Below are positions 10,675 to 19,482 of a stretch of 64,000 nucleotides of DNA, piece by piece. Below the pieces are notes generated by a model, which was not told the origin of the DNA, made no database searches, and was given only the letters and a program-made list of their open reading frames with translations. A program made the translations under genes and the position numbers. Positions within the stretch are counted from its first letter, which is position 1; each line of letters starts with the position of its first letter. Location: contig OZ257156.1 of NCBI GenBank assembly GCA_965279375.1, forward strand, positions 3,520,001 to 3,584,000, given 5' to 3'. The stretch comes from Gemmatimonas sp. Its GTDB lineage: Bacteria; Gemmatimonadota; Gemmatimonadetes; Gemmatimonadales; Gemmatimonadaceae.

Positions 10675-11909
10675 CCAGCGTCGGCAAGATGACGATGGGT
10701 GGGTCGTACGCGCCGCCGGAGTCGCGCGCGCGCGCCGCTGGCGGTACCGCCACACGCGAGCGATGGCGGATGGGCGTGGAGGCGCGTGCACTGGTGCTCG
10801 TCACCGCGGTGCTCGTGTCGTTCGGACTCGCTGTCCTGTACAGTGCGAGTGCGCTCGTGGCCAAGCCGGCGTACTACTACGCGTACAAGCAGGCGATCGG
10901 TGTGCTCGTCGGCACGGTTGTCTTTGCCGTGGCCGCCAAGGTGGACGCGGAATGGTGGCGCAAGCTGGCCTGGCCGATCATGGGGATCAGTCTGTTCCTC
11001 ATGCTGCTCACAGTGCTGCCGTTCACCAAATCGATCGTGCCGGTGGTGATGGGCTCGCGTCGCTTTCTCAAGGGTGGCTCCATTCAGCCGTCGGAGCTCG
11101 CCAAGTTCGCGGTGCTCGTGTGGGTGCCGATGCTGCTGGTCAAAAAGGGCGACGCCGTTCGACGGTTAGGAAAGGGGCTGCTGCCGTTCATTCTCGTGAT
11201 CGGCGCACTGGTCGGCATGGCCATCGGAGAGCCGGACATCTCGGTCGCGATCACCTACTGCGCGATCATGGTCGTGCTGCTGTTCGTGGGCGGCGCACGC
11301 GTCGCACACTTCTTGTTTCTCGGCATGCTCGCGATCCCGCTTTTGGTGCACGAGATCCGCGAGAAGCCGTACGTGCTGCGACGCATCACCAGCTTTGTGC
11401 TGCACGAAGAGTCCGACACCACCGGTACGGTGAAGTCCGCCGCCGCCGATCAGCAGCGCCAGTCGCTCATCGCCGTCGGATCGGGCGGGCTCTTTGGCGT
11501 GGGCTTCGGGGAAGGGAATCAGCAGCGTGGTTGGGTGCCGCTGGCCTACAACGACTTCATCGGCGCGGTGGTGGGTGAGGAGTTCGGCTTCATCGGACTG
11601 ACGGCGCTCACACTCGCGTATGCGCTCTATGGCTGGATCGGCTTTCGCATCGCCCGACAAGCACGGTCACCTTTTACCTCGCTGCTGGCTGTTGGGCTGA
11701 CGTTCACCACGGTGTTGACCGCGTTCATTCACATTGGTGTGGTGATTGGACTGCTTCCCAACACCGGCCTCACGCTGCCGTTCGTCTCATGGGGGCGATC
11801 GAATCTGATCCTCACCCTCGGCATGACGGGCATCCTCGTCAACATCGGCAGCACGCGTGAGCGCGTGTACGGCGAATCGGCCACCGATCCGCTGACGATG
11901 TCCGCGTGA
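10671..11909 (+). CDS. ftsW: SEDS-family peptidoglycan glycosyltransferase FtsW
   Basis: IQPSELAK, YNDFI, GEEFGFIG, LPNTGLTLPFVSWG; polytopic; dcw position. Confidence 0.95.
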   Translation: MTSVGKMTMGGSYAPPESRARAAGGTATRERWRMGVEARALVLVTAVLVSFGLAVLYSASALVAKPAYYYAYKQAIGVLVGTVVFAVAAKVDAEWWRKLAWPIMGISLFLMLLTVLPFTKSIVPVVMGSRRFLKGGSIQPSELAKFAVLVWVPMLLVKKGDAVRRLGKGLLPFILVIGALVGMAIGEPDISVAITYCAIMVVLLFVGGARVAHFLFLGMLAIPLLVHEIREKPYVLRRITSFVLHEESDTTGTVKSAAADQQRQSLIAVGSGGLFGVGFGEGNQQRGWVPLAYNDFIGAVVGEEFGFIGLTALTLAYALYGWIGFRIARQARSPFTSLLAVGLTFTTVLTAFIHIGVVIGLLPNTGLTLPFVSWGRSNLILTLGMTGILVNIGSTRERVYGESATDPLTMSA

Positions 11910-13054
11910 GCACGCGTGTCTTCTTCGCAGGCGGAGGAACGGGAGGGCATCTGTACCCGGGGCTCGCGATTGCGCGCGCGCTGGTGCGGCTGCAGCCGGA
12001 TATCGAGCCCTTTTTCATTGGTGCGCAGCGCGGCGTGGAGAAGGACATTCTCCCCACCACGGAGTTTCCGTTCGCGCTGCTCGAGCTCCATCCACTGTAC
12101 CGACGGACACCGTGGAACAACTGGCGCACGCTGCTGGGCGGCGTGAAGGCCTGGCGCGAGGTCTCGCGCATTGCGGCGCGCGGGGCGCCGGCTGCGGTGG
12201 TGAGCACTGGTGGCTACGCAGCAGGCGTTGGGCTGGCGTGGGCTCGTGCGCATGGCGTTCCCACCATACTGCACGAATCCAACAGTCATCCCGGACTCAC
12301 CACGCGCGTCTTCGCGGGCGGTGCGACGGCGATCTATCTCGAGTTCCCCGAAGCTTCGGCACGCTTTTCCGCAGGCCCCAACACCGATGTTCGCGCGCTC
12401 GGCTGCCCCATCGATCCGCCGCCGGTGCCTGCGCCGTCGCGCAAGGACGCACGGGCGCGCTGGGATCTGCCCGAGGACGCGTTCGTCGTGCTCGTCACGG
12501 GCGGGAGTCAGGGCGCGCGCGCCATCAATGAGGCCGTCGCCGCGTGGTGTGCTCGTGGGTTGCCGGACAAGGTCGCGCTGATCTGGGGTACAGGACGCGC
12601 GCAGGCCGCAGCCTACGTGGACCGGGAGACGCGTATGGTGCGCGTGCGATCGTATCTCGCGCCCATCGCTGAAGCGTATGCCGCCGCCGATCTCGCCGTC
12701 ACACGCGCCGGCGCGATGACCATCGCCGAGTTGTGCGCGTGGGGCATTCCGTCCGTGCTGATTCCGCTGCCGACGGCGGCACAGGACCATCAGACGTCCA
12801 ACGCGCGCGCCGTGGCGGAGAACGGTGCGGCCGTACATCTGCCGCAATCCGAGCTTTCGGCGGATCGCCTCGACACAATTGTGCGAGGCGTGCTGTCGTC
12901 GCCCGCGTCGCTCGTGCAAATGGCGACGGCGGCGCGCGCGCGAGGTCGTCCGGATGCGGCGATGGACATCGCGCGTGCGCTGCAAAAGCATCTGCGTGCA
13001 CATCCGACTGCGCATCGACCGATCGACAGTGTGGCACCATCGGGGGGCCGTTGA
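11906..13054 (+). CDS. murG: Lipid I GlcNAc transferase MurG
   Basis: AGGGTGGHLYPG, TGGY, TGGSQGA, RAGAMTIAEL, DHQTSNA. Confidence 0.97.
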   Translation: MSTRVFFAGGGTGGHLYPGLAIARALVRLQPDIEPFFIGAQRGVEKDILPTTEFPFALLELHPLYRRTPWNNWRTLLGGVKAWREVSRIAARGAPAAVVSTGGYAAGVGLAWARAHGVPTILHESNSHPGLTTRVFAGGATAIYLEFPEASARFSAGPNTDVRALGCPIDPPPVPAPSRKDARARWDLPEDAFVVLVTGGSQGARAINEAVAAWCARGLPDKVALIWGTGRAQAAAYVDRETRMVRVRSYLAPIAEAYAAADLAVTRAGAMTIAELCAWGIPSVLIPLPTAAQDHQTSNARAVAENGAAVHLPQSELSADRLDTIVRGVLSSPASLVQMATAARARGRPDAAMDIARALQKHLRAHPTAHRPIDSVAPSGGR

Positions 13055-13079
13055 GCCCCCTCTCATTCTCCGGCATATT
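13051..13079 (+). promoter_or_regulatory. Possible internal sigma70-like promoter for murC-ftsQ-ftsA
   Basis: TTGAGC (13051-56), 17-nt spacer, CATATT (13074-79), 9 nt before the murC ATG. It lies in the only real gap (34 bp) of the rsmH-ftsA run. Confidence 0.4.
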
Positions 13080-13088
13080 GCGCGCGCC

Positions 13089-14474
13089 ATGACTCTCGTC
13101 AATCGGTCCGACCCACGTCCTGTGCACTTCATCGGCATCGCGGGTGCCGGCATGAGCGCGTTGGCAGAACTGCTCGCGCGTCGTGGTGTGCTGATCACCG
13201 GGACAGACGCCAATCCCGCGGGTGCGCCTGATCTCGCGTTGCTCGGGATTACGGTGCATGCGCACGACGCGGCGCTGGTGTCGCAGGCGCGTGCGGTCGT
13301 GTATTCGTCCGCGATTCCCGCCGCGCACCCCGAGATGGCCGCGGCGCGCGCGCTGGGGCTGCCGCTCGTGCGACGCGCCGAAGCGCTCGCCGAGGCGGTG
13401 AGCGGCGGTACGCTGGTGGGCATCAGCGGCACGCACGGCAAGACGACCACCACCGTGATGACCACCGAAGCGCTTGCCGCCGCCGGTCGCAACCCGACGG
13501 GCGTTGTCGGGGGACGCGTAGGCCACTGGGGCGGCAATCTGCGACTGGGAGGCGACACGTACGTCGTGGAGTCGGACGAGTATGATCGTTCCTTCCTCGC
13601 GCTCGATCCGCAGGTGGCCGTCGTGCTCAACGTCGAGGCGGACCATCTCGACATCTATCGCGACCTCGACGACATCACGCGCGCGTTCGAACAGTTCGTT
13701 ACGCCGGCGCGCGTGGTCGTGCGCTGCGCCGACGATGCGGGTGCGATGGCGCTCCGCATCCGCAGCACCAGTGAAGTCATCGCGTACTCTGCCACGCTGG
13801 ACGGCACGGCGCCCTCTTCCGGGTCGGCCGACGCGCGATTGATCGCGCGCGCACTTCGGCTCGACGCCAGTGGTTCGCACTTCGTGGTGGCATTCGATGG
13901 CGAGGACGTGGGCGAGGTGTCGCTGGGTGTGCCGGGGATGCACAACGTGCGCAATGCGCTCGCCGCACTCGGATCGGGGCTGGCGCTCGGGCTCACCGTA
14001 TCGGCGATGGCGCCGGGACTTTCGGCGTTCAAGGGCGTGGAGCGTCGTTTCCAGCGCCTCGGCGAGGTCGGCGGCGTCTCGGTGGTGGACGACTATGCGC
14101 ATCATCCGACCGAAGTGCAGGCCACCATTGCGGCGGCGCGTCACGCGTTTCCGAATGCGCGCATCGTGCTCCTCTTCCAGCCGCATCTGTATTCGCGCAC
14201 GCGTGATCTGCAGGTGGAGTTCGCCGAGGCACTGTCGGGGGCCGATGCGCTCTTCCTGTGCGACATCTACGGTGCGCGTGAGCAGCCCGAGCCCGGCGTC
14301 ACGTCGTCGTTGATCGGTGCGCGTGTGCAGGCCGGAGTGCTGCAGTGGCAGGGGCCGCGCACTGACGCGGTCGATGCACTGCGCGCGTTCGTCCGCGAGG
14401 GCGACGTCGTCATTACCATGGGCGCCGGCGACGTGACGCGAACGGGACCTGAACTCATGAGCGCACTCGCCTGA
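13089..14474 (+). CDS. murC: UDP-MurNAc--L-alanine ligase
   Basis: HFIGIAGAGMSALA, GTHGKTTTT, ESDEYDRSFL, DDYAHHPTE, FQPHLYSRT, MGAGD. Confidence 0.97.
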   Translation: MTLVNRSDPRPVHFIGIAGAGMSALAELLARRGVLITGTDANPAGAPDLALLGITVHAHDAALVSQARAVVYSSAIPAAHPEMAAARALGLPLVRRAEALAEAVSGGTLVGISGTHGKTTTTVMTTEALAAAGRNPTGVVGGRVGHWGGNLRLGGDTYVVESDEYDRSFLALDPQVAVVLNVEADHLDIYRDLDDITRAFEQFVTPARVVVRCADDAGAMALRIRSTSEVIAYSATLDGTAPSSGSADARLIARALRLDASGSHFVVAFDGEDVGEVSLGVPGMHNVRNALAALGSGLALGLTVSAMAPGLSAFKGVERRFQRLGEVGGVSVVDDYAHHPTEVQATIAAARHAFPNARIVLLFQPHLYSRTRDLQVEFAEALSGADALFLCDIYGAREQPEPGVTSSLIGARVQAGVLQWQGPRTDAVDALRAFVREGDVVITMGAGDVTRTGPELMSALA

Positions 14475-15253
14475 TGGGCGCCAGCACCACGGAACCGGCA
14501 GCGGCGGAGCCCTCCGCGCGTCGCGCTCGTCGTGAGACGGCGCGGGCGGACGCTCCGCGCGTGCGACCGACGTGGCTGCGTGTGCTGCGCGCGGTGGCCG
14601 CGCTGATCACCGCGGTCGCGCTCGTGGGCAGCCCGTGGTGGGGACCGATGGCACTCGCGCAGCTCGATTTCTTCCACGTGCGTCGTCTCGACTTCAAGGG
14701 CGTGCGCTACGCCAAGGTCGGTGAGCTGGTGGGGCTGCTCGCGGTCGATTCCACGACGAGCGTGTGGCAGTCGTTGCCGCCGCTGACGGCGCGCGTTCGT
14801 ACGCATCCGATGGTGCTCGAAGCCGAGGTCTTCCGTACGCTTCCGGGCACGTTGACCGTTGCGATCGTCGAACGCACCCCGGTGGCGTTGGCCCCCATCG
14901 ACGGTGTGTTGCGGCCGGTCGATGCGGCCGCGCGCGTCCTGCCGATCGACCTGACCAAAGTGCAGCTCGACCTGCCGGTGATCGCCACGCCGGACAGTGC
15001 GCTGTTGCGCGTGCTCGACGGACTGCGGCAGAACGCCTCGCCCCTGTATGGGCGCGTTACCGCGGCGCGACGTGTTGGCGCGGACGAAATGACCTTTGAA
15101 CTCGGCGCGTTGCGTATTCGATCGGGTGCCGACGTGACCGTAGCGCGGTTCCGGGACATATTACCGGTGGAAGGGGATCTCGCGCGGAATCATCTGCGTG
15201 CGGTGGAACTCGATCTCCGCTTCCGAGACCAGGTGATCGCCAGACTCCCATGA
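14474..15253 (+). CDS. ftsQ: Cell division protein FtsQ/DivIB (POTRA domain)
   Basis: One TM helix, POTRA-like segment ending LPGTLTVAIVERTPVAL, C-terminal LDLRFRDQVI. Confidence 0.9.
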   Translation: MGASTTEPAAAEPSARRARRETARADAPRVRPTWLRVLRAVAALITAVALVGSPWWGPMALAQLDFFHVRRLDFKGVRYAKVGELVGLLAVDSTTSVWQSLPPLTARVRTHPMVLEAEVFRTLPGTLTVAIVERTPVALAPIDGVLRPVDAAARVLPIDLTKVQLDLPVIATPDSALLRVLDGLRQNASPLYGRVTAARRVGADEMTFELGALRIRSGADVTVARFRDILPVEGDLARNHLRAVELDLRFRDQVIARLP

Positions 15254-16500
15254 CTTCCGAACCCATCATCGCCGCCCTCGATATCGGGACCGCCCACACC
15301 ACTGCCGTCGTCGCGACGGTGCATGGTGAGCTGCCGCGAGCGCCGCGACTTCGCATTTTGGGCGTTGGCCGCACGCGCACGCAGGGATTGCGACGCGGTG
15401 TCGTGTCGGACATCGAGGAAGCGACACGCTCCATCAAGAAGGCACTCGAAGAAGCGAGCCTGGTGGCGGGTGTGCAGCCAGAAGGACTGTTCGTCGGCAT
15501 CGCCGGCGAGCACGTGCGCGCGATGTGCTCCTCGGGCGTCGTGGCCATCAGCGGCTCGGAGATCACCGCGGCCGACGTGGCTCGTGTGAACGATGTGGCG
15601 CGCGCCATGGCGATCCCACAGGATCGTGAACTGCTGCACGCGATCTCGCAGGAGTACCGCGTCGATCGTGCCGAAGGCATTCGTGATCCCATCGGCATGA
15701 TCGGCACGCGTCTCGAGACCGAGATGTACCTGATCACGATCGGCAGCTCGCCGGCGATGAACCTGCGCAAGAGCATCGAGCGCGCGGGCTTCAAGGCGCG
15801 TGAACTGGTGCTCGAACCGTTGGCGAGCGCGTGGGCGGTGCTCACCGAGGAAGAGAAGGAACTCGGCGTCGCCCTCGTGGAGCTGGGCGCGGGTACCACC
15901 GACATCGCGGTCTTTCATGAAGGAAAGATTCGCCACCTCGGCACGATGCCGTACGGCGGCAACACGGTGACCAGCGATCTCGTGCAGGGGCTTGGCGTGA
16001 CGCAGAACGACGCGGAGCAGCTCAAGGAAGCGTACGGCTGTGCCTACGAGCCGCTGGTCACGGCCGATCAACTGATCGCATTGCCGGCCACGGCGGCTCA
16101 TGCCGAGCGGCATCTGTCGCGCGAGTTGATGACGCACATCATCCACCAACGCATGGATGAGATCTTCGATCGTGTCCAGCGCGACATTCAGACGGCGGGC
16201 TTCGCGGGCAAGCTCAACGCGGGGATCGTGCTCACCGGCGGCGGCGCATCGCTCGAAGGGGTGAGCGATTTGGCGCAGGATGTGTTTGGCGTAGGCGTGC
16301 GCGTGGGGATGCCGGCTGACAACGTGGAAGGGCTGGTGGAGTCGGTGGGCGATCCGAGTTACGCGACGGTGGTGGGGCTCGCGGTATACGGCGCGTCGCG
16401 TCTGACGGGTGGTGCGGGCACGGCGCGTCGCGCGCCGGGATCAGGTGGCGTCGACAAGCTCGCGACCAAAGTGAAGACCTGGCTGACGGAGTTTTTCTAA
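15250..16500 (+). CDS. ftsA: Cell division protein FtsA
   Basis: ALDIGT, ELGAGTTDIAVF, GIVLTGGGA and a C-terminal amphipathic helix KVKTWLTEFF. Confidence 0.97.
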   Translation: MTSEPIIAALDIGTAHTTAVVATVHGELPRAPRLRILGVGRTRTQGLRRGVVSDIEEATRSIKKALEEASLVAGVQPEGLFVGIAGEHVRAMCSSGVVAISGSEITAADVARVNDVARAMAIPQDRELLHAISQEYRVDRAEGIRDPIGMIGTRLETEMYLITIGSSPAMNLRKSIERAGFKARELVLEPLASAWAVLTEEEKELGVALVELGAGTTDIAVFHEGKIRHLGTMPYGGNTVTSDLVQGLGVTQNDAEQLKEAYGCAYEPLVTADQLIALPATAAHAERHLSRELMTHIIHQRMDEIFDRVQRDIQTAGFAGKLNAGIVLTGGGASLEGVSDLAQDVFGVGVRVGMPADNVEGLVESVGDPSYATVVGLAVYGASRLTGGAGTARRAPGSGGVDKLATKVKTWLTEFF

Positions 16501-16633
16501 GCGTCCCGCTTCGATCGCGCGTGAGTATTCCGCGCGTTCGAAGTCGTGTGGATTCAGAGTATTTGTGTGGTCACGCTGTGTTTCCTGTGTGACGTCGCAC
16601 ACCGACATCACACCAATGCGAGAACGTCGAGTG

Positions 16634-16642
16634 TGTGGATAA
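16634..16642 (-). promoter_or_regulatory. Consensus DnaA box (TTATCCACA on the minus strand) upstream of ftsZ
   Basis: The + strand reads TGTGGATAA, an exact 9/9 match, in the ftsA-ftsZ intergenic region. Confidence 0.55.
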
Positions 16643-16713
16643 TCCGCATTGACGCATTGTGTATCTTGCGCGTCGTCAGCGTGAGCCAACGCCATCACAA
16701 TTCGCCAGTTGCA

Positions 16714-16741
16714 TTGACACAGCGAATGTGTATTCTAGGCT
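16714..16741 (+). promoter_or_regulatory. Sigma70-like ftsZ promoter
   Basis: TTGACA (16714-19), 16-nt spacer, TAGGCT (16736-41). Confidence 0.55.
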
Positions 16742-16893
16742 CGTAGCAACACCGCTTCGTTCACACGCGGTGTCACGCGGACCGTCGATGTTGATGGTGC
16801 TCGCGTTTGCTCAGTGCTGGCCGTCCCGATGCACGTCGAGACGACGCGCCACTCACCCTGCGCCTTGCCAAAGCCCGTATGGAGCTACCCCGA

Positions 16894-18150
16894 ATGACCT
16901 TCGAGTTCGAAGAGAGCGCTTCGCAGAACGCCCGCATGAAGGTGGTGGGCGTAGGCGGAGGTGGCGGCAATGCCGTCAATCGCATGATCGAAGAGCACCT
17001 CGAAGGCGTCGAGTTCATTTCGGTGAACACCGACGCGCAGGCGCTCATGAACTCCAAGGCCGACGTCAAGATTCAGATCGGCAAGAAGCTCACGCGTGGG
17101 CTCGGTGCCGGCGCGCGTCCCGATGTCGGTCGCCAGGCGATCGAGGAGAACCGCGAAGACGCCAAGCGCGTGCTCGGGAACGCGGACCTCGTCTTCGTGA
17201 CATGCGGCATGGGCGGCGGCACGGGTACGGGCGCGGCACCGGTGATCTGCCAGCTCGCGCGTGAAGCGGGCGCGCTCACGGTCGGCATCGTCACTCGACC
17301 GTTCCTGTTCGAAGGGCGCAAGCGCATGCGGCAGGCGGAGGAAGGCATCGCCGAGATGCGCAAGCACGTGGACACGATGATCATCGTGCCGAACGAGCGG
17401 TTGCTCGCCGTGGTGGGCAAGGGCATCCCGTTCCACGAGGCGCTGAAAAAGGCCGACGAAGTGCTGCTGCACGCCACTCAGGGCATCTCGGTGCTGATCA
17501 GCGAGACGGGCTTGGTGAACGTGGACTTCGCCGACGTGCGCACGGTCATGCAGAACGGTGGCTCGGCGCTGATGGGCACGGGCATCGGCCGCGGCGAAAA
17601 CCGCGCCATGGAAGCCGCGCAACAGGCGATCGCGTCGCCACTGCTGGACAACGTCTCCATCTCCGGCGCCACGGGCGTGCTGGTCAACATCACCGGCGGC
17701 GAAGACCTCACGCTCGGCGAAGTGCACCAGATCAACGACATCGTGCATGACGCGGTGGGCGCAGAAGCGGAAATCATCTTCGGCGCGGTGCACGAGCCGG
17801 CGATGATGGGCGAGATCCGCGTGACCGTGATCGCGACCGGCTTCGATCGTCTGATGCAGGGAAGTCTGGGCAATGGCAGCACGCAGCCTCAGCAGTACGT
17901 CCAGTCCCCGCACAGCAGCACCTTCGCAGCCCCGGCCCCGCGGCAGGCTCCGCCTGTGCAAAAGTCGCCGGACGTACTACCTTTTCCGACGCGGGATCGG
18001 CCAGCGCCGAGACCGGCTGCTCCCGTAGCTCGACCGGCATGGGAAGGCGCCCCACCGCGCCCGCCCCGCGTGCCGCCCCCAAGTTCGACCACGAGCGCCG
18101 AGTTGGATGATATGGAAATCCCGACGTTCATTCGGAGACAGATGGATTGA
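16894..18150 (+). CDS. ftsZ: Cell division GTPase FtsZ
   Basis: [30 protein letters not shown], a Pro-rich linker and the C-terminal peptide [20 protein letters not shown] at 16881. Confidence 0.99.
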   Translation: MTFEFEESASQNARMKVVGVGGGGGNAVNRMIEEHLEGVEFISVNTDAQALMNSKADVKIQIGKKLTRGLGAGARPDVGRQAIEENREDAKRVLGNADLVFVTCGMGGGTGTGAAPVICQLAREAGALTVGIVTRPFLFEGRKRMRQAEEGIAEMRKHVDTMIIVPNERLLAVVGKGIPFHEALKKADEVLLHATQGISVLISETGLVNVDFADVRTVMQNGGSALMGTGIGRGENRAMEAAQQAIASPLLDNVSISGATGVLVNITGGEDLTLGEVHQINDIVHDAVGAEAEIIFGAVHEPAMMGEIRVTVIATGFDRLMQGSLGNGSTQPQQYVQSPHSSTFAAPAPRQAPPVQKSPDVLPFPTRDRPAPRPAAPVARPAWEGAPPRPPRVPPPSSTTSAELDDMEIPTFIRRQMD

Positions 18151-19439
18151 ACCGGTCCGGATGGTCACTGCTCGTCGCTGCGGCGCTGGTCGCCGTCGGT
18201 GCCGGAGCAATCTCCCTCGGACGTCCGGTCCGTGAACGCCCCGCGGCGAGTGTACTCGACGCGGGGTCTCGCGCTTCCATAGCCTCGCGTTGGCGCACCC
18301 GCGTGGACACGGTCCAGCGCGGTGAACTGCTGGTCTCTGTCCTCGAACGCGCTGGACTTTCGCACGACGAAGCGGCGCTCGCGCTGCAGTCCGCCAGCAC
18401 GGTCGACGCCCGCCGCATCCGGCCGGGCACCACGATCACCACTCGGCTCAACCCCGATTCGGGCGGCGCCGAGATCGTGCTGCAGCTCGCGATCGACCGC
18501 CTGGTCCACCTGCGTCGCACCCCCGAGGCGTGGGCCGAGCGCGAAGAAAAGCTCGCGTGGCAGACGGATACCGTGGTCGTCGGTGGCGTGGTCCAGTCCA
18601 CGCTCACCGCCGCCATTGAAAGTGGCGCAGGCGCCTTTCCGGCGTCCGTGCGCGACGAAGTGGCGTACGCACTCGCAGACATTCTCGAGTACCGCATCGA
18701 CCTGAGTCGCGACCTGCGGCGCGGTGACTCGGTGCGCATGCTGGTCGAACGGCAGCGCGCGCCCAACGGCGCTGTTCGCCCGGGCAACATTCTCGCGGCC
18801 CGCATGACGGTCGATGGGCGCACCGTGGAAACGGTTCGCTTCGAAGATCGCGCGGATCGCGTCTCCTATTTCGATGGCGACGGAAAGTCGATGCGCGCCG
18901 CGTTCCTGCGCGCGCCACTCGCGTTCCGCCGCATCTCGAGCGTCTTCGGACGGCGCAAGCATCCCATCCTCGGGATCTGGCGCGCGCACCAGGGCACCGA
19001 CTACTCGGCTGCCGCCGGCACGCCGGTCCGCGCGCTCGGTGACGGTACGGTCATCTTTGCCGGCTGGAAGGGCGGCTTCGGTCGCGTCATCGAGATCCGG
19101 CATCGCAACGGCTACGTGACGCGCTATGGGCACCTCCGCGGCTTCGCATCGGGCATTCGGGCGGGTACCTCGGTCGCCATCTCGCGCACGATCGGCTTCG
19201 TCGGCTCCACCGGATTGGCCACCGCGCCGCACCTGCACTTCGAAGTGCTGGTCGGAGGCGTCCATCGTGATCCGCGCGTCGCACTCAAGTCCGTCACCAG
19301 CAATCCACTCGGCGACGTCGATCGGGGCGCGTTCAGCGCGCTCAAAGCTCGACTGTTCACGATGCTCGAAATGGGCGCGTCGGGTTCCGCCTCGCTGAAC
19401 GGCGTTCGCGGCGATACCGCACGCCACGGCGGAGACTAG
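18147..19439 (+). CDS. M23 (LytM) peptidoglycan endopeptidase, MepM/Csd3-like architecture
   Basis: Zinc motifs HQGTD (HxxxD) and PHLHFE (HxH), plus TRYGHL. N-terminal TM/signal segment and a LysM/OapA-like start ([11 protein letters not shown]). The TTG start overlaps the ftsZ stop. Confidence 0.9.
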   Translation: MNRSGWSLLVAAALVAVGAGAISLGRPVRERPAASVLDAGSRASIASRWRTRVDTVQRGELLVSVLERAGLSHDEAALALQSASTVDARRIRPGTTITTRLNPDSGGAEIVLQLAIDRLVHLRRTPEAWAEREEKLAWQTDTVVVGGVVQSTLTAAIESGAGAFPASVRDEVAYALADILEYRIDLSRDLRRGDSVRMLVERQRAPNGAVRPGNILAARMTVDGRTVETVRFEDRADRVSYFDGDGKSMRAAFLRAPLAFRRISSVFGRRKHPILGIWRAHQGTDYSAAAGTPVRALGDGTVIFAGWKGGFGRVIEIRHRNGYVTRYGHLRGFASGIRAGTSVAISRTIGFVGSTGLATAPHLHFEVLVGGVHRDPRVALKSVTSNPLGDVDRGAFSALKARLFTMLEMGASGSASLNGVRGDTARHGGD

Positions 19440-19482
19440 TCGTCGCTGAGCGTGCATTGTCGAGCGGACCGCGCTCGGCCCC

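Noticed and set aside
12825..13088. N-terminal extensions in the ORF track (murC from 12825; likewise 29415, 35780, 46277, 58215, 61086, 50071)
   Set aside because: They overlap upstream genes or regulatory DNA. Downstream starts with SD sites, stop-start coupling or signal peptides fit better.
16546..16746. 66-aa ORF in the ftsA-ftsZ spacer
   Set aside because: GTG start without SD, atypical codons, and it overlaps promoter-like elements. A small peptide cannot be formally excluded.
16501..16893. ftsA-ftsZ spacer as oriC
   Set aside because: Only one perfect DnaA box, no long AT-rich unwinding element, and no dnaA/dnaN/gidA context in the window.
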